A stretch of DNA of 64,000 nt from Eledone cirrhosa (Eukaryota), in contig OZ024746.1 in the NCBI GenBank assembly GCA_964016885.1, positions 58,776,001 through 58,840,000 of the forward strand, given 5' to 3'. Shown here in pieces: positions 17,105 to 30,235 of this stretch (its first letter is position 1; every line of letters starts with the position of its first letter). Under the pieces are notes generated by a model. The model saw nothing but the letters and a program-made list of their open reading frames with translations. It had not been told where the DNA came from and ran no database searches. Both the position numbers and the translations under genes were made by a program.

Positions 17105-17340
17105 TGACTATTTCAAAAAACGTTGCAACCGAAGGAAGACAGGAAGACGATACTTTGGTTCGTATATATAGACAGTTAAAGAGTAAACCAATCTTAAATA
17201 GAGAGATAGAGATAGGAGAGGAGAGATTAGTGAAGGTATTAGAAGCCAAAAGCCTAAAGGCATGTGTTCAATGTGCAATATGCAGTGGGAAGCAGCTAGA
17301 GAACTGGATTCATGTGGAGGTTATATGCACAGAGCTGGAA

Positions 17341-17855
17341 ATATTCATTATTTGAGCAAATCAAGACCACAAAACTCACATAGAAGACGTTAGTTAAAGA
17401 GTGTTAACATTAATTACAGTTTAATGAAAACATTAATATAGATAAAATGGAAATGAAATAAAAAATATAAAATAAAATAAGAGGGTTACGTGTCCGTAAA
17501 GATTAGTCAGATTGGCAGTTCGCGAAAAGGGTCCTGGAGAGCTTAAGTGTATGCTATAAAAACAAGCATTACGCATCTGTCGAGGCTAAATCTGCCTATG
17601 TGTAACAATATTAATATTTTCATTATCTCATCTGAAGTTCTGCAGATCTGGTCCATAATATAATTTAAGTTACTTATCTTTCTCTGAACCAGATCAATAA
17701 CGATCTCATAATCGATTGATCCAGAAACATTATATGGAGTAGTGAAACAATTGTAAACTGACATTATTATTCCTTACATTAAACTGCAATTAATGTTGAC
17801 ACTCTTTAACTAACGTCTTCAATGAAAGTTTTGTGGTCTTGATTTGCTTAAATAA

Positions 17856-17862
<7 letters not shown>
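17341..17862. mobile_element. Probable PLE 3' fragment with ~85-bp inverted ends
   Basis: 17341-17425 is the diverged reverse complement of 17777-17862. The right end abuts (TA)n, and an internal GAAACAATTGTA resembles an HHR stem III. Confidence 0.55.
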
Positions 17863-17915
<53 letters not shown>

Positions 17916-18042
17916 AAAGTTTTATTTAAATTGTTGGGATACAACAAGCAAATATTTTTATAACTGATATAAAGCACTCGACAAATATTTGGAGTAGATA
18001 TACGATATTAATAAATGGAAACTATATTTATAAAACCATATT

Positions 18043-18131
18043 TATTTCATTATATATATTTCAAGGATACCAAGTTACATTATTTCAAGGATACCAAGTT
18101 ACATTATGGTATGTCTTCATCAGACAAAATA
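18043..18131 (-). ncRNA. Hammerhead motif (family of 14213/58212) disrupted by a 24-nt tandem duplication
   Basis: Reverse complement reads TATTTTGT-CTGATGA-AGACATACCA..TGGTATCCTT-GAAA. TATTTCAAGGATACCAAGTTACAT is repeated at 18057-18080 and 18081-18104. Confidence 0.65.
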
Positions 18132-18805
18132 CAATATATAACAGTTTTATAAATAGACATTGACGTACCCCTTTTAAAAATTGACCGTTGTTTTTGGAGG
18201 CCATCAGGATAGTGATTTGTTTACTTTAGTAAGTCATAGTGTTAAGAGTAAGTAAAAAGATGGAGAGAGAGAGAGAGAGAAACGTGGAGAAAAGAAAGGG
18301 AGAGATAGATAAAGAAAAAGAAGAAAACAAAAATATATATATATATATATATATATATGAATGTACGTATTGTATATTTAACAATATTATGTATGTTTAT
18401 TTTAAAACATTTTGAAGGATCTTCGCTCTGAATTTTATGGCAATAATGAACGTCACCTACCTAGCTTCAGCAGAGGCAAGGGGAAGTAATCGACAGCCAG
18501 AGTTTCTCATCTCTCAGTGGTTATCAAGATTACATATCCCTGTTATTATTCTGTTTCGTATACGCTCCCACAATGATATTTGTAGCATGGATCTTCCATG
18601 GACGGGTATATATATGGGTATATATATATATATATATATAAACGGAATAGAAAATATATATATATTAAAATAACAGATTAAAGTTTAAGCAAAGAATCGG
18701 TGCTTTCACCCTTAACTTTCACATTGCTCTACGGTTCTTATATATTTGATATATATTTATCTTATCGAGCCCTCTTTGGATTTTAGTCTTGAAATATATT
18801 ATTAT

Positions 18806-18856
<51 letters not shown>

Positions 18857-19921
18857 CATACATACATATATATATATGTGTGTGTATGAGTGTGTGTCTG
18901 TGTGTTTGCGCGCGCGAGACTTCCATCAATTCCGAAAGTGTTCCATTTGGAACAGCTTGCCCATTAAGATGAAGTGGCTGAGCGTTAGACAGATACGTAT
19001 ACTTTTAACGTAGTTCTCAGGGAAATTAACCGTGTTAATTTGTGTGGCAACGCTGTCACTTTAACTCACAGTTACAATTCATTTTCCCACTAGAGTGGAC
19101 GAAAGTAACGTAAAATAAATAATGTTGTCCAATGACAGAATGTCAGTAATCGAACAAACGTCTTTAAGATCCTTGGACAAATAGCCTAACCACTAAACCA
19201 CATGTCTGGATTTCCTGGATCGATGCTTTGGAAAAAGGGGAGAGAAATATAAGATAGACAAAGAAATCCAGTAAATAAACCAGACGTTGGGTGAGAAAGA
19301 AAGTTAGATTATTTATGCAGTTTATCTCATTTATGTACAAAACTATTTTTTATTATATTCCTGGGTATGGATTCTGACGAATGTGTGTGTGTGTTTCTGT
19401 GTGCACGCGAACGTCTATGTATGTGTGCGCACGCTAAAGTCTATGTATGTGTATACGCGTATGTGTGTAAATGCCTGTGTGTGTCAGCATATGTTTGTAC
19501 GTGTTGAGATACGTGTACACGTGTAAGAACGTTAGTGTGTATGCATATGTGTGTGAATCTTTCGTCAATGAGATTCATAATTATATGTTCGGTGCAAGTT
19601 ATTTGTAAATTCCTCCCATTTTTGTTGGAAATTATGAGACAAGATAGAAAACATCACAGAGAAATAATCGTGTGTGTGGTAGATTTTAGCGAGCGTGCAT
19701 GTGTGTGTGCGTGTGCGCGCGTGTGTGTATGCGTGTGTGTGTGTGTGTGTGTATGGTGGCAACAACGAGTATTTTGTTAATACATTTTTGAAATGATAAA
19801 AATAACTAACAGCGAAGAGAATACGAAAGACGAAACAAAAAAAGATGAGAGATGCTCCGGTGTTATCATTTTTACTATAACCAAAGTAAGATAAAAAGGA
19901 TATATATATCTATACATATAC

Positions 19922-19997
<76 letters not shown>

Positions 19998-20086
19998 CTA
20001 CGTTATTGTGTGTTCGTGTTAATGTGTATGTGTGTATGTACATCTTAAAGAGAAGAAGATAATTATAGGAGACGAACAAACTATGC

Positions 20087-20119
<33 letters not shown>

Positions 20120-20233
20120 TATATATATACACACTCACACATATATATATATGTGTGTGTGTCTGTGTGTGGTGTGTTTGTATGTTCGTGTTTGCGCACA
20201 AATATGTATTATGTATCTATATATAAATATACA

Positions 20234-20295
<62 letters not shown>

Positions 20296-20549
20296 TATAT
20301 GTTCATAGGTATGTATAGATATGTATGTATGTATATGTATGAATATATATATATGTATATGGTGTTATTTGTTTCATGTAGTTCGATCAGTTCCTACTGA
20401 TTTAAGGCAATACATAGAATATGTTTGTTTTTTTCATATTTTCTCGTTAAGATGTGTAGTCTTTCAGTGTTGTTTGCTTTTTGTAATCAGACCCCCCCCC
20501 CCACCTCGCTCTTTCTATCATCTACATCAACATCATTATCGTATTGGCA

Positions 20550-21390
20550 GTGGTGGCCGTGGTGGTAGGTCTGGTGGTGGTGGTGGTGGTGTTGGTGATA
20601 GTGGTGCTGGTGATGGTGGCAGTGGTGCTGGTGTTGGTGCTGGTGGTGGTGCTGCTGGTGTTAGTGGAGCTGGTGGTGGTAGTGGTGATAGTGGTGCTGG
20701 TGGTGCTGGTAGTGGTGGTGTTGGTGGTGGTGGTGCTGGTGGTGCTGGTGGTGCTGTTGGTGGTGGTGGTGGTGGTAGTGGTGTTGGTGTTGGTGGTGGT
20801 GCTGGTGGTGCTGGTGGTGCTGGTGCTGGTGCTGGTGCTTGTCGTTGTCGTGGTGGTGGTGGTGGTGGTGACAATGGTGGTGCTGGTGATGGTGGTGATG
20901 GTAGTGGTGCTGGTGGTGCTGGTGGTGGTGGTGGTGGTGGTGGTGACAATGGTGGTGCTGGTGATGGTGGTGATGGTAGTGGTGCTGGTGGTGGTGGTGG
21001 TGGTGGTGCTGGTGGTGTTGGTGACAATGGTGGTGCTGGTGAGGGTGGTGATGATAGTGGTGCTGGTGGTGGTGGTGATAATGGTGGTGCTGGTGGTGGT
21101 GATGGTAGTGGTGCTGGTGGTGGTGGTGGTGGTGGTGGTGGTGGTGGTGGTGGTGACAATGGTGGGGCTGGTGATGGTGGTGATGGTAGTGGTGCTGGTG
21201 GTGGTGGTGGTGCTAGTGGTGTTGGTGATGCTGGTGCTGGTAGTTGACGTGGTGGTGTTGGTGGTGGTGGTGGTGGTGGCAATGGTGGTACTGGTGATGG
21301 TGGTGATGGTGGTGGTGCTTGTTGTGATGGTCGTGGTGGTGGTGTTATTGGTGAGTCGCTGGTTCTGGTCATCGTTGTGATGCTGCTGGT
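20550..21390. repeat. Degenerate (GGT)n low-complexity array with internal ~60-70-bp repeats
   Basis: Direct reading, with recurring GGTGACAATGGTGGTGCTGGTGATGG blocks. Confidence 0.9.
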
Positions 21391-24300
21391 GCTAGTACTG
21401 GTGGTGCTGGTGTTCGTTGTTGTTGCGGTAGTGGTGCTGGTGTTCGTTGTTGTTGTGGTAGTGGTGCTGGTGTTCGTTGTTGTTGCGGTAGTGGTGCTGG
21501 TGTTCGTTGTTGTTGTGGTAGTGGTGCTGGTGTTCGTTGTTGTTGCGGTAGTGGTGCTGGTGTTCGTTGTTGTTGTGGTAGTGGTGCTGGTGTTCGTTGT
21601 TGTTGCGGTAGTGGTGCTGGTGTTCGTTGTTGTTGCGGTAGTGGTGCTGGTGTTCGTTGTTGTTGCGGTAGTGGTGCTGGTGTTCGTTGTTGTTGTGGTA
21701 GTGGTGCTGGTGTTCGTTGTTGTTGCGGTAGTGGTGCTGGTGTTCGTTGTTGTTGCGGTAGTGGTGCTGGTGTTCGTTGTTGTTGCGGTAGTGGTGCTGG
21801 TGTTCGTTGTTGTTGCGGTAGTGGTGCTGGTGTTCGTTGTTGTTGTGGTAGTGGTGCTGGTGTTCGTTGTTGTTGTGGTAGTGGTGCTGGTGTTCGTTGT
21901 TGTTGCGGTAGTGGTGCTGGTGTTCGTTGTTGTTGTGGTAGTGGTGCTGGTGTTCGTTGTTGTTGCGGTAGTGGTGCTGGTGTTCGTTGTTGTTGCGGTA
22001 GTGGTGCTGGTGTTCGTTGTTGTTGTGGTAGTGGTGCTGGTGTTCGTTGTTGTTGTGGTAGTGGTGCTGGTGTTCGTTGTTGTTGCGGTAGTGGTGCTGG
22101 TGTTCGTTGTTGTTGTGGTAGTGGTGCTGGTGTTCGTTGTTGTTGTGGTAGTGGTGCTGGTGTTCGTTGTTGTTGCGGTAGTGGTGCTGGTGTTCATTGT
22201 TGTTACGGTAGTGGTGCTTGTGTTCATTGTTGTTACGGTAGTGGTGCTTGTGTTCGTTGTTGTTACGGTAGTGGTGCTGGTGTTCGTTGTTGTTGTGGTA
22301 GTGGTACTGGTGTTCGTTGTTGTTACGGTAGTGGTGCTGGTGTTCATTGTTGTTACGGTAGTGGTGCTGGTGTTCATTGTTGTTGCGGTAGTGGTGCTGG
22401 TGTTCGTTGTTGCGGTAGTGGTGCTGGTGTTCGTTGTTGTTGCGGTAGTGGTGCTGGTGTTCGTTGTTGCGGTAGTGGTGCTGGTGTTCGTTGTTGCGGT
22501 AGTGGTGCTGGTGTTCGTTGTTGTGGTAGTGGTGCTGGTGGTCGTTGTTGTTGCGGTAGTGGTGCTGGTGTTCGTTGTTGTAGCGGTATTGGTACTGGTG
22601 TTCGTTGTTGTTGCGGTAGTGGTGCTGGTGTTCGTTGTTGTTGCGGTAGTGGTGCTGGTGGTCGTTGTTGTTGCGGTAGTGGTGCTGGTGGTCGTTGTTG
22701 TTGCGGTAGTGGTGCTGGTGGTCGTTGTTGTTGCGGTAGTGGTGCTGGTGTTCGTTGTTGTTGCGGTAGTGGTGCTGGTGGTCGTTGTTGTTACGGTAGT
22801 GGTGCTGGTGTTCGTTGTTGTTGCGGTAGTGGTGCTGGTGGTCGTTGTTGTTACGGTAGTGGTGCTGGTGTTCGTTGTTGTTGCGGTAGTGGTGCTGGTG
22901 GTCGTTGTTGTTGCGGTAGTGGTGCTGGTGTTCGTTGTTGTTGCGGTAGTGGTGCTGGTGGTCGTTGTTGTTACGGTAGTGGTGCTGGTGTTCGTTGTTG
23001 TTGCGGTAGTGGTGCTGGTGGTCGTTGTTGTTGCGGTAGTGGTGCTGGTGTTCGTTGTTGTTGCGGTAGTGGTGCTGGTGGTCGTTGTTGTTACGGTAGT
23101 GGTGCTGGTGTTCGTTGTTGTTGCGGTAGTGGTGCTGGTGGTCGTTGTTGTTGCGGTAGTGGTGCTGGTGTTCGTTGTTGTTGCGGTAGTGGTGCTGGTG
23201 GTCGTTGTTGTTGCGGTAGTGGTGCTGGTGTTCGTTGTTGTTGCGGTAGTGGTGCTGGTGTTCGTTGTTGTTGCGGTAGTGGTGCTGGTGGTCGTTGTTG
23301 TTGCGGTAGTGGTGCTGGTGTTCGTTGTTGTTGTGGTAGTGGTGCTGGTGTTCGTTGTTGTTGCGGTAGTGGTGCTGGTGTTCGTTGTTGTTGCGGTAGT
23401 GGTGCTGGTGTTCGTTGTTGTTCCGGTAGTGGTACTGGTGTTCGTTGTTGTTGCGGTAGTGGTGCTGGTGTTCGTTGTTGTAGCGGTATTGGTGCTGGTG
23501 GTCGTTGTTGTTGCGGTAGTGGTGCTGGTGTTCGCTGTTGTTGCGGTAGTGGTACTGGTGTTCGTTGTTGTTGCGGTAGTGGTGCTGGTGATCATGTTGT
23601 TGCGGTAGTGGTGCTGGTGTTCGCTGTTGTTGCGGTAGTGGTGCTGGTGTTCGTTGTTGTTGCGGTAGTGGTACTGGTGTTCGTTGTTGTTGCGGTAGTG
23701 GTGCTGGTGATCATGTTGTTGCGGTAGTGGTGCTGGTGTTCGCTGTTGTTGCGGTAGTGGTACTGGTGTTCGTTGTTGTTGCGGTAGTGGTGCTGGTGTT
23801 CGTTGTTGTTGCGGTAGTGGTGCTGGTGTTCGTTGTTGTTGCGGTAGTGGTGCTGGTGTTCGTTGTTGTTGCGGTAGTGGTGCTGGTGATCATGTTGTTG
23901 CGGTAGTGGTGCTGGTGTTCGCTGTTGTTGCGGTAGTGGTGCTGGTGTTCGTTGTTGTTGCGGTAGTGGTACTGGTGTTCGTTGTTGTTGCGGTAGTGGT
24001 GCTGGTGATCATGTTGTTGCGGTAGTGGTGCTGGTGTTCGCTGTTGTTGCGGTAGTGGTACTGGTGTTCGTTGTTGTTGCGGTAGTGGTGCTGGTGTTCG
24101 TTGTTGTTGCGGTAGTGGTGCTGGTGTTCGTTGTTGTTGCGGTAGTGGTGCTGGTGATCATGTTGTTGCGGTAGTGGTGCTGGTGTTCGCTGTTGTTGCG
24201 GTAGTGGTGCTGGTGTTCGTTGTTGTTGCGGTAGTGGTACTGGTGTTCGTTGTTGTTGCGGTAGTGGTGCTGGTGATCATGTTGTTGCGGTAGTGGTGCT

Positions 24301-24905
24301 GGTGTTCGCTGTTGTTGCGGTAGTGGTACTGGTGTTCGTTGTTGTTGCGGTAGTGGTGCTGGTGTTCGTTGTTGTTGCGGTAGTGGTGCTGGTGTTCGTT
24401 GTTGTAGCGGTATTGGTACTGGTGTTCGTTGTTGTTGCGGTAGTGGTGCTGGTGTTCGTTGTTGTTGCGGTAGTGGTGCTGGTGTTCGTTGTTGTAGCGG
24501 TATTGGTACTGGTGTTCGTTGTTGTTGCGGTAGTGGTGCTGGTGTTCGTTGTTGTAGCGGTATTGGTACTGGTGTTCGTTGTTGTTGCGGTAGTGGTGCT
24601 GGTGTTCGTTGTTGTAGCGGTATTGGTACTGGTGTTCGTTGTTGTTGCGGTAGTGGTGCTGGTGTTCGTTGTTGTTGCGGTAGTGGTGCTGGTGTTCGTT
24701 GTTGTAGCGGTATTGGTACTGGTGTTCGTTGTTGTTGCGGTAGTGGTGCTGGTGTTCGTTGTTGTAGCGGTATTGGTACTGGTGTTCGTTGTTGTTGCGG
24801 TAGTGGTGCTGGTGTTCGTTGTTGTTGCGGTAGTGGTGCTGGTGTTCGTTGTTGTTGCGGTAGTGGTGCTGGTGATCATGTTGTTGCGGTAGTGGTGCTG
24901 GTGTT
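21391..24905. repeat. 30-bp minisatellite (GTGGTGCTGGTGTTCGTTGTTGTTGCGGTA)n, ~115-120 units, with 27- and 29-bp variants
   Basis: Direct reading. Variant blocks occur, and 29-bp GATCAT units lie at ~23590, 23709, 23888, 24007, 24156, 24275 and 24874. Confidence 0.97.
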
Positions 24906-25090
24906 GTTATTATAGTTGTCTATGTTGTTATTACTGTTGTTTTTTTTATTGCTGTCGTTGTTTTTTCTAGTTTTGGTGGAGATGTTGTTTTGGTGATTGT
25001 TACTGTTGGTGTTATTAATGTTGATGTTGCTGTTGCTGTTGATGTTGTTGTTGTTGTTTTTTTACTGTTATGCTTGTGGTTATTGTGGAT

Positions 25091-25165
<75 letters not shown>

Positions 25166-25280
25166 CTTGTCTTGTTGTTTAGTTTCAATGATATTAATTA
25201 GTGGTAATTAATTGCTCTGATGTTTTGGGTGATATTTCTTATTTCGTACTACCTCCTGCATTGATAATAATAATAATATC

Positions 25281-25337
<57 letters not shown>

Positions 25338-26889
25338 AACAACAACGACAACAACAAGAAACACACAACAGTACTAATAATAATGATGATGATCAGGATC
25401 CTGATAATTATGATGATGATAATAATGATAATGATAATAATAATAACGATAATAATAATAATAATAATAATAATAATATTTTTTATTATCAACAACAACA
25501 AGAATACTAATAATGATGATGATGATAATGAAAATGATGATGATGATGTTGATGATGATGATGATAATGATGATTATCATTATAAAACATTATGATGCCA
25601 GCTATACAGTTGATTGCAACCAAAAAACACTTGACAGCTATTTACTAATGGTTTCCGTCTGTTTCGACGATGAATACTGCAGATTAACTGAACAAACAAT
25701 GTTAGATGAGCTGCTGCATAGCCTGATCACTGATTCACAGTGCAAGGGAATTGTTATCATAATTAATGACTTTCCATCCCTAATTAAATAGTTAAAAAGG
25801 AATTCCTATGACACTTAACACTCGGGAGAATCCGCGTGATACAGCACAGAGCAAATTTGCCTGACGATTTATACACACAAAGATTGGTCGATGTTAACCT
25901 ATAATACCCCATGATTACGAAAAATATAGACAATATCATCACCTATACAGTTCCAGAATAAAGAAAGGAAAGAGAGCTTACCGCGCCTGATGATGTTGCA
26001 TGGGAACTTTCCTGACTCATAGAGTATCGGGGCATGTAAGACTTAACGGAACATATAAATGTTCACTCCTGACCCCAGACGATTCCTTCCAGAAAAGTGG
26101 AGAGAAAGAGAGAAAGAGAGAGGGACAAGGAATGTGAGAGAGAGGGAGGAGAGAGAGCTCTAATATTAGATTCATACTTTATTTATTGACCTCGAAATGA
26201 TGAATGGAAAGTTGACCTCGATTGGATTTGAACTTAGAGCGTATTGAGATGGAATAAATACCAAGGCATTTATTCCGGCGCCCTAAAAACTCTACCAATT
26301 CCATGCAATCTAGATAATGATGCCTCAAGGTGTACCCGAAAAGAAAGCCCCTTTCAAACAGTACCCCACACATCTCCCAGTGCTTTACATAGGAATACTC
26401 CACAGGAAAGTATTTACTGCCATAAAAGTTTATTCTATAAATGTAGGTTTTTGCTTTTGATATTGTACAGAATATCACATAAGAGTGAATCGAAGTAACA
26501 AGTAACTAAATGTCCTTGGATAATACACACTCTCAGCTAAAACAAACCGTACATTTTTAAACCTGACCAATTCCAATCTTTCGTTCTTCCAACATAATCT
26601 TATAACCAAGGCTGCATCCTACATAAATATATAGACAAGTCAACAGCACCACATCAGCCTACAAAGACACACAGAGATACACACACACGCACACACTCTC
26701 ATACACATATACTCATACGTACACTCACACACACACACACCATACTCACACATACACACACCAACACACACACACACACCATACACAGACATACACACAC
26801 TGACCACACACACGGCATTTTGGGGGCATTTTGTGCCTGCCGGAGTGTGATCCCTTTCGAGGTCGGAAAACACGATTTCTACCAGAGGA

Positions 26890-26975
<86 letters not shown>

Positions 26976-26980
<5 letters not shown>

Positions 26981-27418
26981 TGGTCGTTTTGGAAGCCTCA
27001 ACAATACGTATGGGTAAATCTCCGGGTAACAGAATCAGGTGGTAATGAGAGAGATGTAAGTGGAAATGTAGAATGTACACACACGGTAGGCAACAGAGGC
27101 CATGCGTTGTTCCTCTCCGACTAAAAATTTTCCCCCTCGGAAAGCCCCCAGTTAATGCATGCGAAATACGAAATATAGAGACAATTAAATCACTTCCAAG
27201 GTAATTCTATCTCGTGTTACCAGTAATGTACTGGGTAATTGCTGGCCTTGTGCCAAAAGTAGAAACAATTACTATTTTTACACTCTTTCCTACGTTCCTC
27301 TACACACTATACGTCTCATTCTACATTTCCTCTTACATCTCTCTCTTCACCACCTGATGCGGTTACCCGGAGATTTACCCATCTGCATTGTTGAGGCTTC
27401 CAAGACGGCCAATTTTAT
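26976..27418. repeat. ~100-bp inverted repeat pair between (TA)n arrays (probable PLE end with inversion) containing a SINE tail
   Basis: 26976-27077 is the diverged reverse complement of 27317-27418. A SINE tail lies at ~27219-27270. Confidence 0.65.
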
Positions 27419-27449
27419 TATTCCGCAATGTTTCAAGCAAACTTCAACA

Positions 27450-27480
<31 letters not shown>

Positions 27481-27702
27481 TTCGTTTCTGAATTTGTTTA
27501 GCAAGATTCTTTATCTGAAATCGTGTGTTGAAACCGATAATGTTATACTTTGGGAGGGTCATGTTGCCAATAAGAAACACACGCACCAGTAGCTTTTACT
27601 TCAATTTATTATATATTTATAAATTTATAAATTTACAAATCTACAAATTTATAAATTTCTGGTTGGTTGGTTGGTTCCACAACCAGATAGTTGTTTATAT
27701 AT

Positions 27703-27747
27703 AGTCATAGGCCTTTCATCACACACTCTGTGACCTCTTCAGTGACT
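27703..27747 (-). ncRNA. Minimal type I hammerhead ribozyme motif
   Basis: Reverse complement reads AGTCA-CTGAAGA-GGTCACA-GAGTG-TGTGAT-GAAA-GGCC-TA/TGACT. Palindromic stem III AGGCCT. Confidence 0.75.
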
Positions 27748-27767
27748 GGGATTCCTTTCTTTGTTTC

Positions 27768-27846
27768 TGTGCCTTTCCTTTCTTCTGTCCTACGCCATTT
27801 TGTTTCTGAAACAAAATGGCGTAGGACAGAAGAAAGGAAAGGCACA
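27768..27846. repeat. Perfect 39-bp hairpin with 1-nt spacer
   Basis: TGTGCCTTTCC...TTTTGTTTC T GAAACAAAA...GGAAAGGCACA. Confidence 0.95.
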
Positions 27847-27980
27847 ATGACGCAATGAAATTCTCAACAGTACATTACGTAACTGTCTTTATCCCATTGC
27901 AGAAACTAATTAGTTGGAATGAAAATTTAAGTGAGTAAGTTAATTTTAAAAAATTTTTTTTTAAATGTTCTTATTTTACG

Positions 27981-28046
<66 letters not shown>

Positions 28047-28049
<3 letters not shown>

Positions 28050-28215
28050 GGAAAAGGGTCAGGAACCCGACGGCTGAGCTCCGGCCATTTCGACAGCTAT
28101 ATCCGAACAGTTCGGCCAGAGCTCAGCGGTCGGGGCCTTGACTCTTTTCCTATTACCCACTCTACTGCTGCGTTAGGGTCCACCTGGTATCTTACCACAC
28201 TCTCTTTGTTGTTAT
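28047..28215 (+). mobile_element. Short Naiad pLTR-end fragment with inverted piece (family of 58354)
   Basis: Homologous to 58354-58490 (GAGCTCAGC..TCGGGG..TTCCTATTACCCACTCTAC..GGTCCACCTGG..CTTACCAC), with (TA)n on both sides. Confidence 0.8.
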
Positions 28216-29340
28216 ATATATATAGATAGAGAGAGAGAGAGAAATAGAAATACGAAATTTCTATACATATCTGTATACAGCTATGCCTTAAACTAAATCC
28301 TAATTCTCTCTCTATATATATATACATATACATAATTACGGTATGTACACATTTCTTCTAAGTTTAATTTTACACCTAATTGTGTATGGTTGATGATATA
28401 TTTAGTCACTTTCTATATGCTGTCGAAATGTTGGATAAATATACTATATTGGGCCACCGCGAAGAGGCCACTTTCGGTTATTTGTCGAAGATTTCTTCAT
28501 AAGAGCCTTTCCTCTTATAGCTTGGTCTAATTGATTTTTTATATGGTTAATTATGCTAATTGGAAGAAGAAACGGTATATATTTTATCTAATAATTCTAA
28601 AGACATGATTTATGATACATATACATATATATATACAGATAGAGAGAAAGAATAACAGAGAGAGAGAGGGAGAGGGAAATAAATGGACCTCGATACTGGA
28701 TTGTACTTCATTTTCCAAACTAGAAAAGATGAAAGCCAAATATGAAGTCACCATTTACGCCACATTCACCACCTTTCAGCGAATTTATAGATAGATAGAT
28801 AGATGACAAGATTGAGTACTAGTATATCTCTGAGTATGCACATTCATCAGTGTGTATGTTTGTGTGGGTGTGTGTGTTCGTGCGTGTGTGTGTGTGTTCG
28901 TGCGTGTGTGTGTGTGCATGTGTGTGACTGTTTTTTTTTTGTTTCTTTGTGCGCATATATATGTATGTGCGTGTGTGTGTGTGTGTGTGTGTCTGTGTGT
29001 GCACGTTAGTGAGTGTGTGTGTAGTTCGAGGTCCCTATCAGCGGTTCCCATCAACACAGTCGTGTTGTTGACAAAACAGTCCCAATGAAAGTAATGAATT
29101 GCTGCACGCTTGTTTAGTTGGTGTACCAATAAACTCAATCATTCTGACAGTTTTGAACAGCGTTGTTTTGACAGATGTATGAGAGGAAGTGAGCACTTTG
29201 AGGTTTGCTGTCATTGCTATCAACATTACCGTCCAATACGTTGATATGACAACCCATTTAAGAGTGTAAAGTATTTTGAAGATAGATAGACAAATATATA
29301 GATAAATATATCGACCTATAGGTAAATAAACAGACAGGTG

Positions 29341-29374
<34 letters not shown>

Positions 29375-29579
29375 TAGGTATGTATATATATATAGGTCTG
29401 TATATATATATATATATGTGTGTGTGTGTATATACGTATATATATATATACCTGTTATGTATGTATATATATGTATATATATATACATATATATATACAT
29501 ACATATATATATAAATAGATAGATAGATATAGATATAGAAATATGTACATATATATATATGTGTGTGTGTAAGTATCTA

Positions 29580-29734
<155 letters not shown>

Positions 29735-29958
29735 GCGAATGGTAAACGGAAATAACAAAGCTAACAATAGAGTACAATTGAGAAATATATTAGCTTAGCA
29801 GATGATATAGATGGGGAAGAGTCTTTAAGTCTCGGACACTGATCTATCATCAGGAGACTCAATGAGATATAAAAAAGAAACAGAAAGATAAACAGTAAGG
29901 ACAGAAAAGAACGAAAATAAATTGTGGGGAGAAAAAGTATGTGTACGCTTTTCCAACC

Positions 29959-30068
<110 letters not shown>

Positions 30069-30178
30069 CAGTTCCTCAGAGAAATAACAACACAACCAGG
30101 ATGTGGACATATCGATGTATTGACGGAGTAAAACACACTTCAACAACATGTGTACCTGTCTTTCCCACACCAATTCGG

Positions 30179-30235
30179 ACTGCCTGAAGAGGTCACAGCC
30201 AATGATGGCTGTCACCGAAATATATATATAGCAGT
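30179..30235 (+). ncRNA. Type I hammerhead ribozyme motif with (TA)n stem III
   Basis: ACTGC-CTGAAGA-GGTCACAGCCA-ATGA-TGGCTGTCACC-GAAA-TATATATATA/GCAGT. Canonical core with G10.1-C11.1. Confidence 0.85.

Noticed and set aside
20321-21247. Gly-rich 308-aa ORF resembling a structural protein
   Set aside because: It derives from a (GGT)n array that is open in several frames on both strands and starts in TA-repeat sequence, with no credible signal peptide or splice evidence.
21391-24905. CRISPR-like array
   Set aside because: The units are contiguous with no unique spacers, the context is eukaryotic, and there are no cas genes.
25985-26070. CTGATGA..GAAC possible hammerhead
   Set aside because: No GAAA and no pairing stem I.
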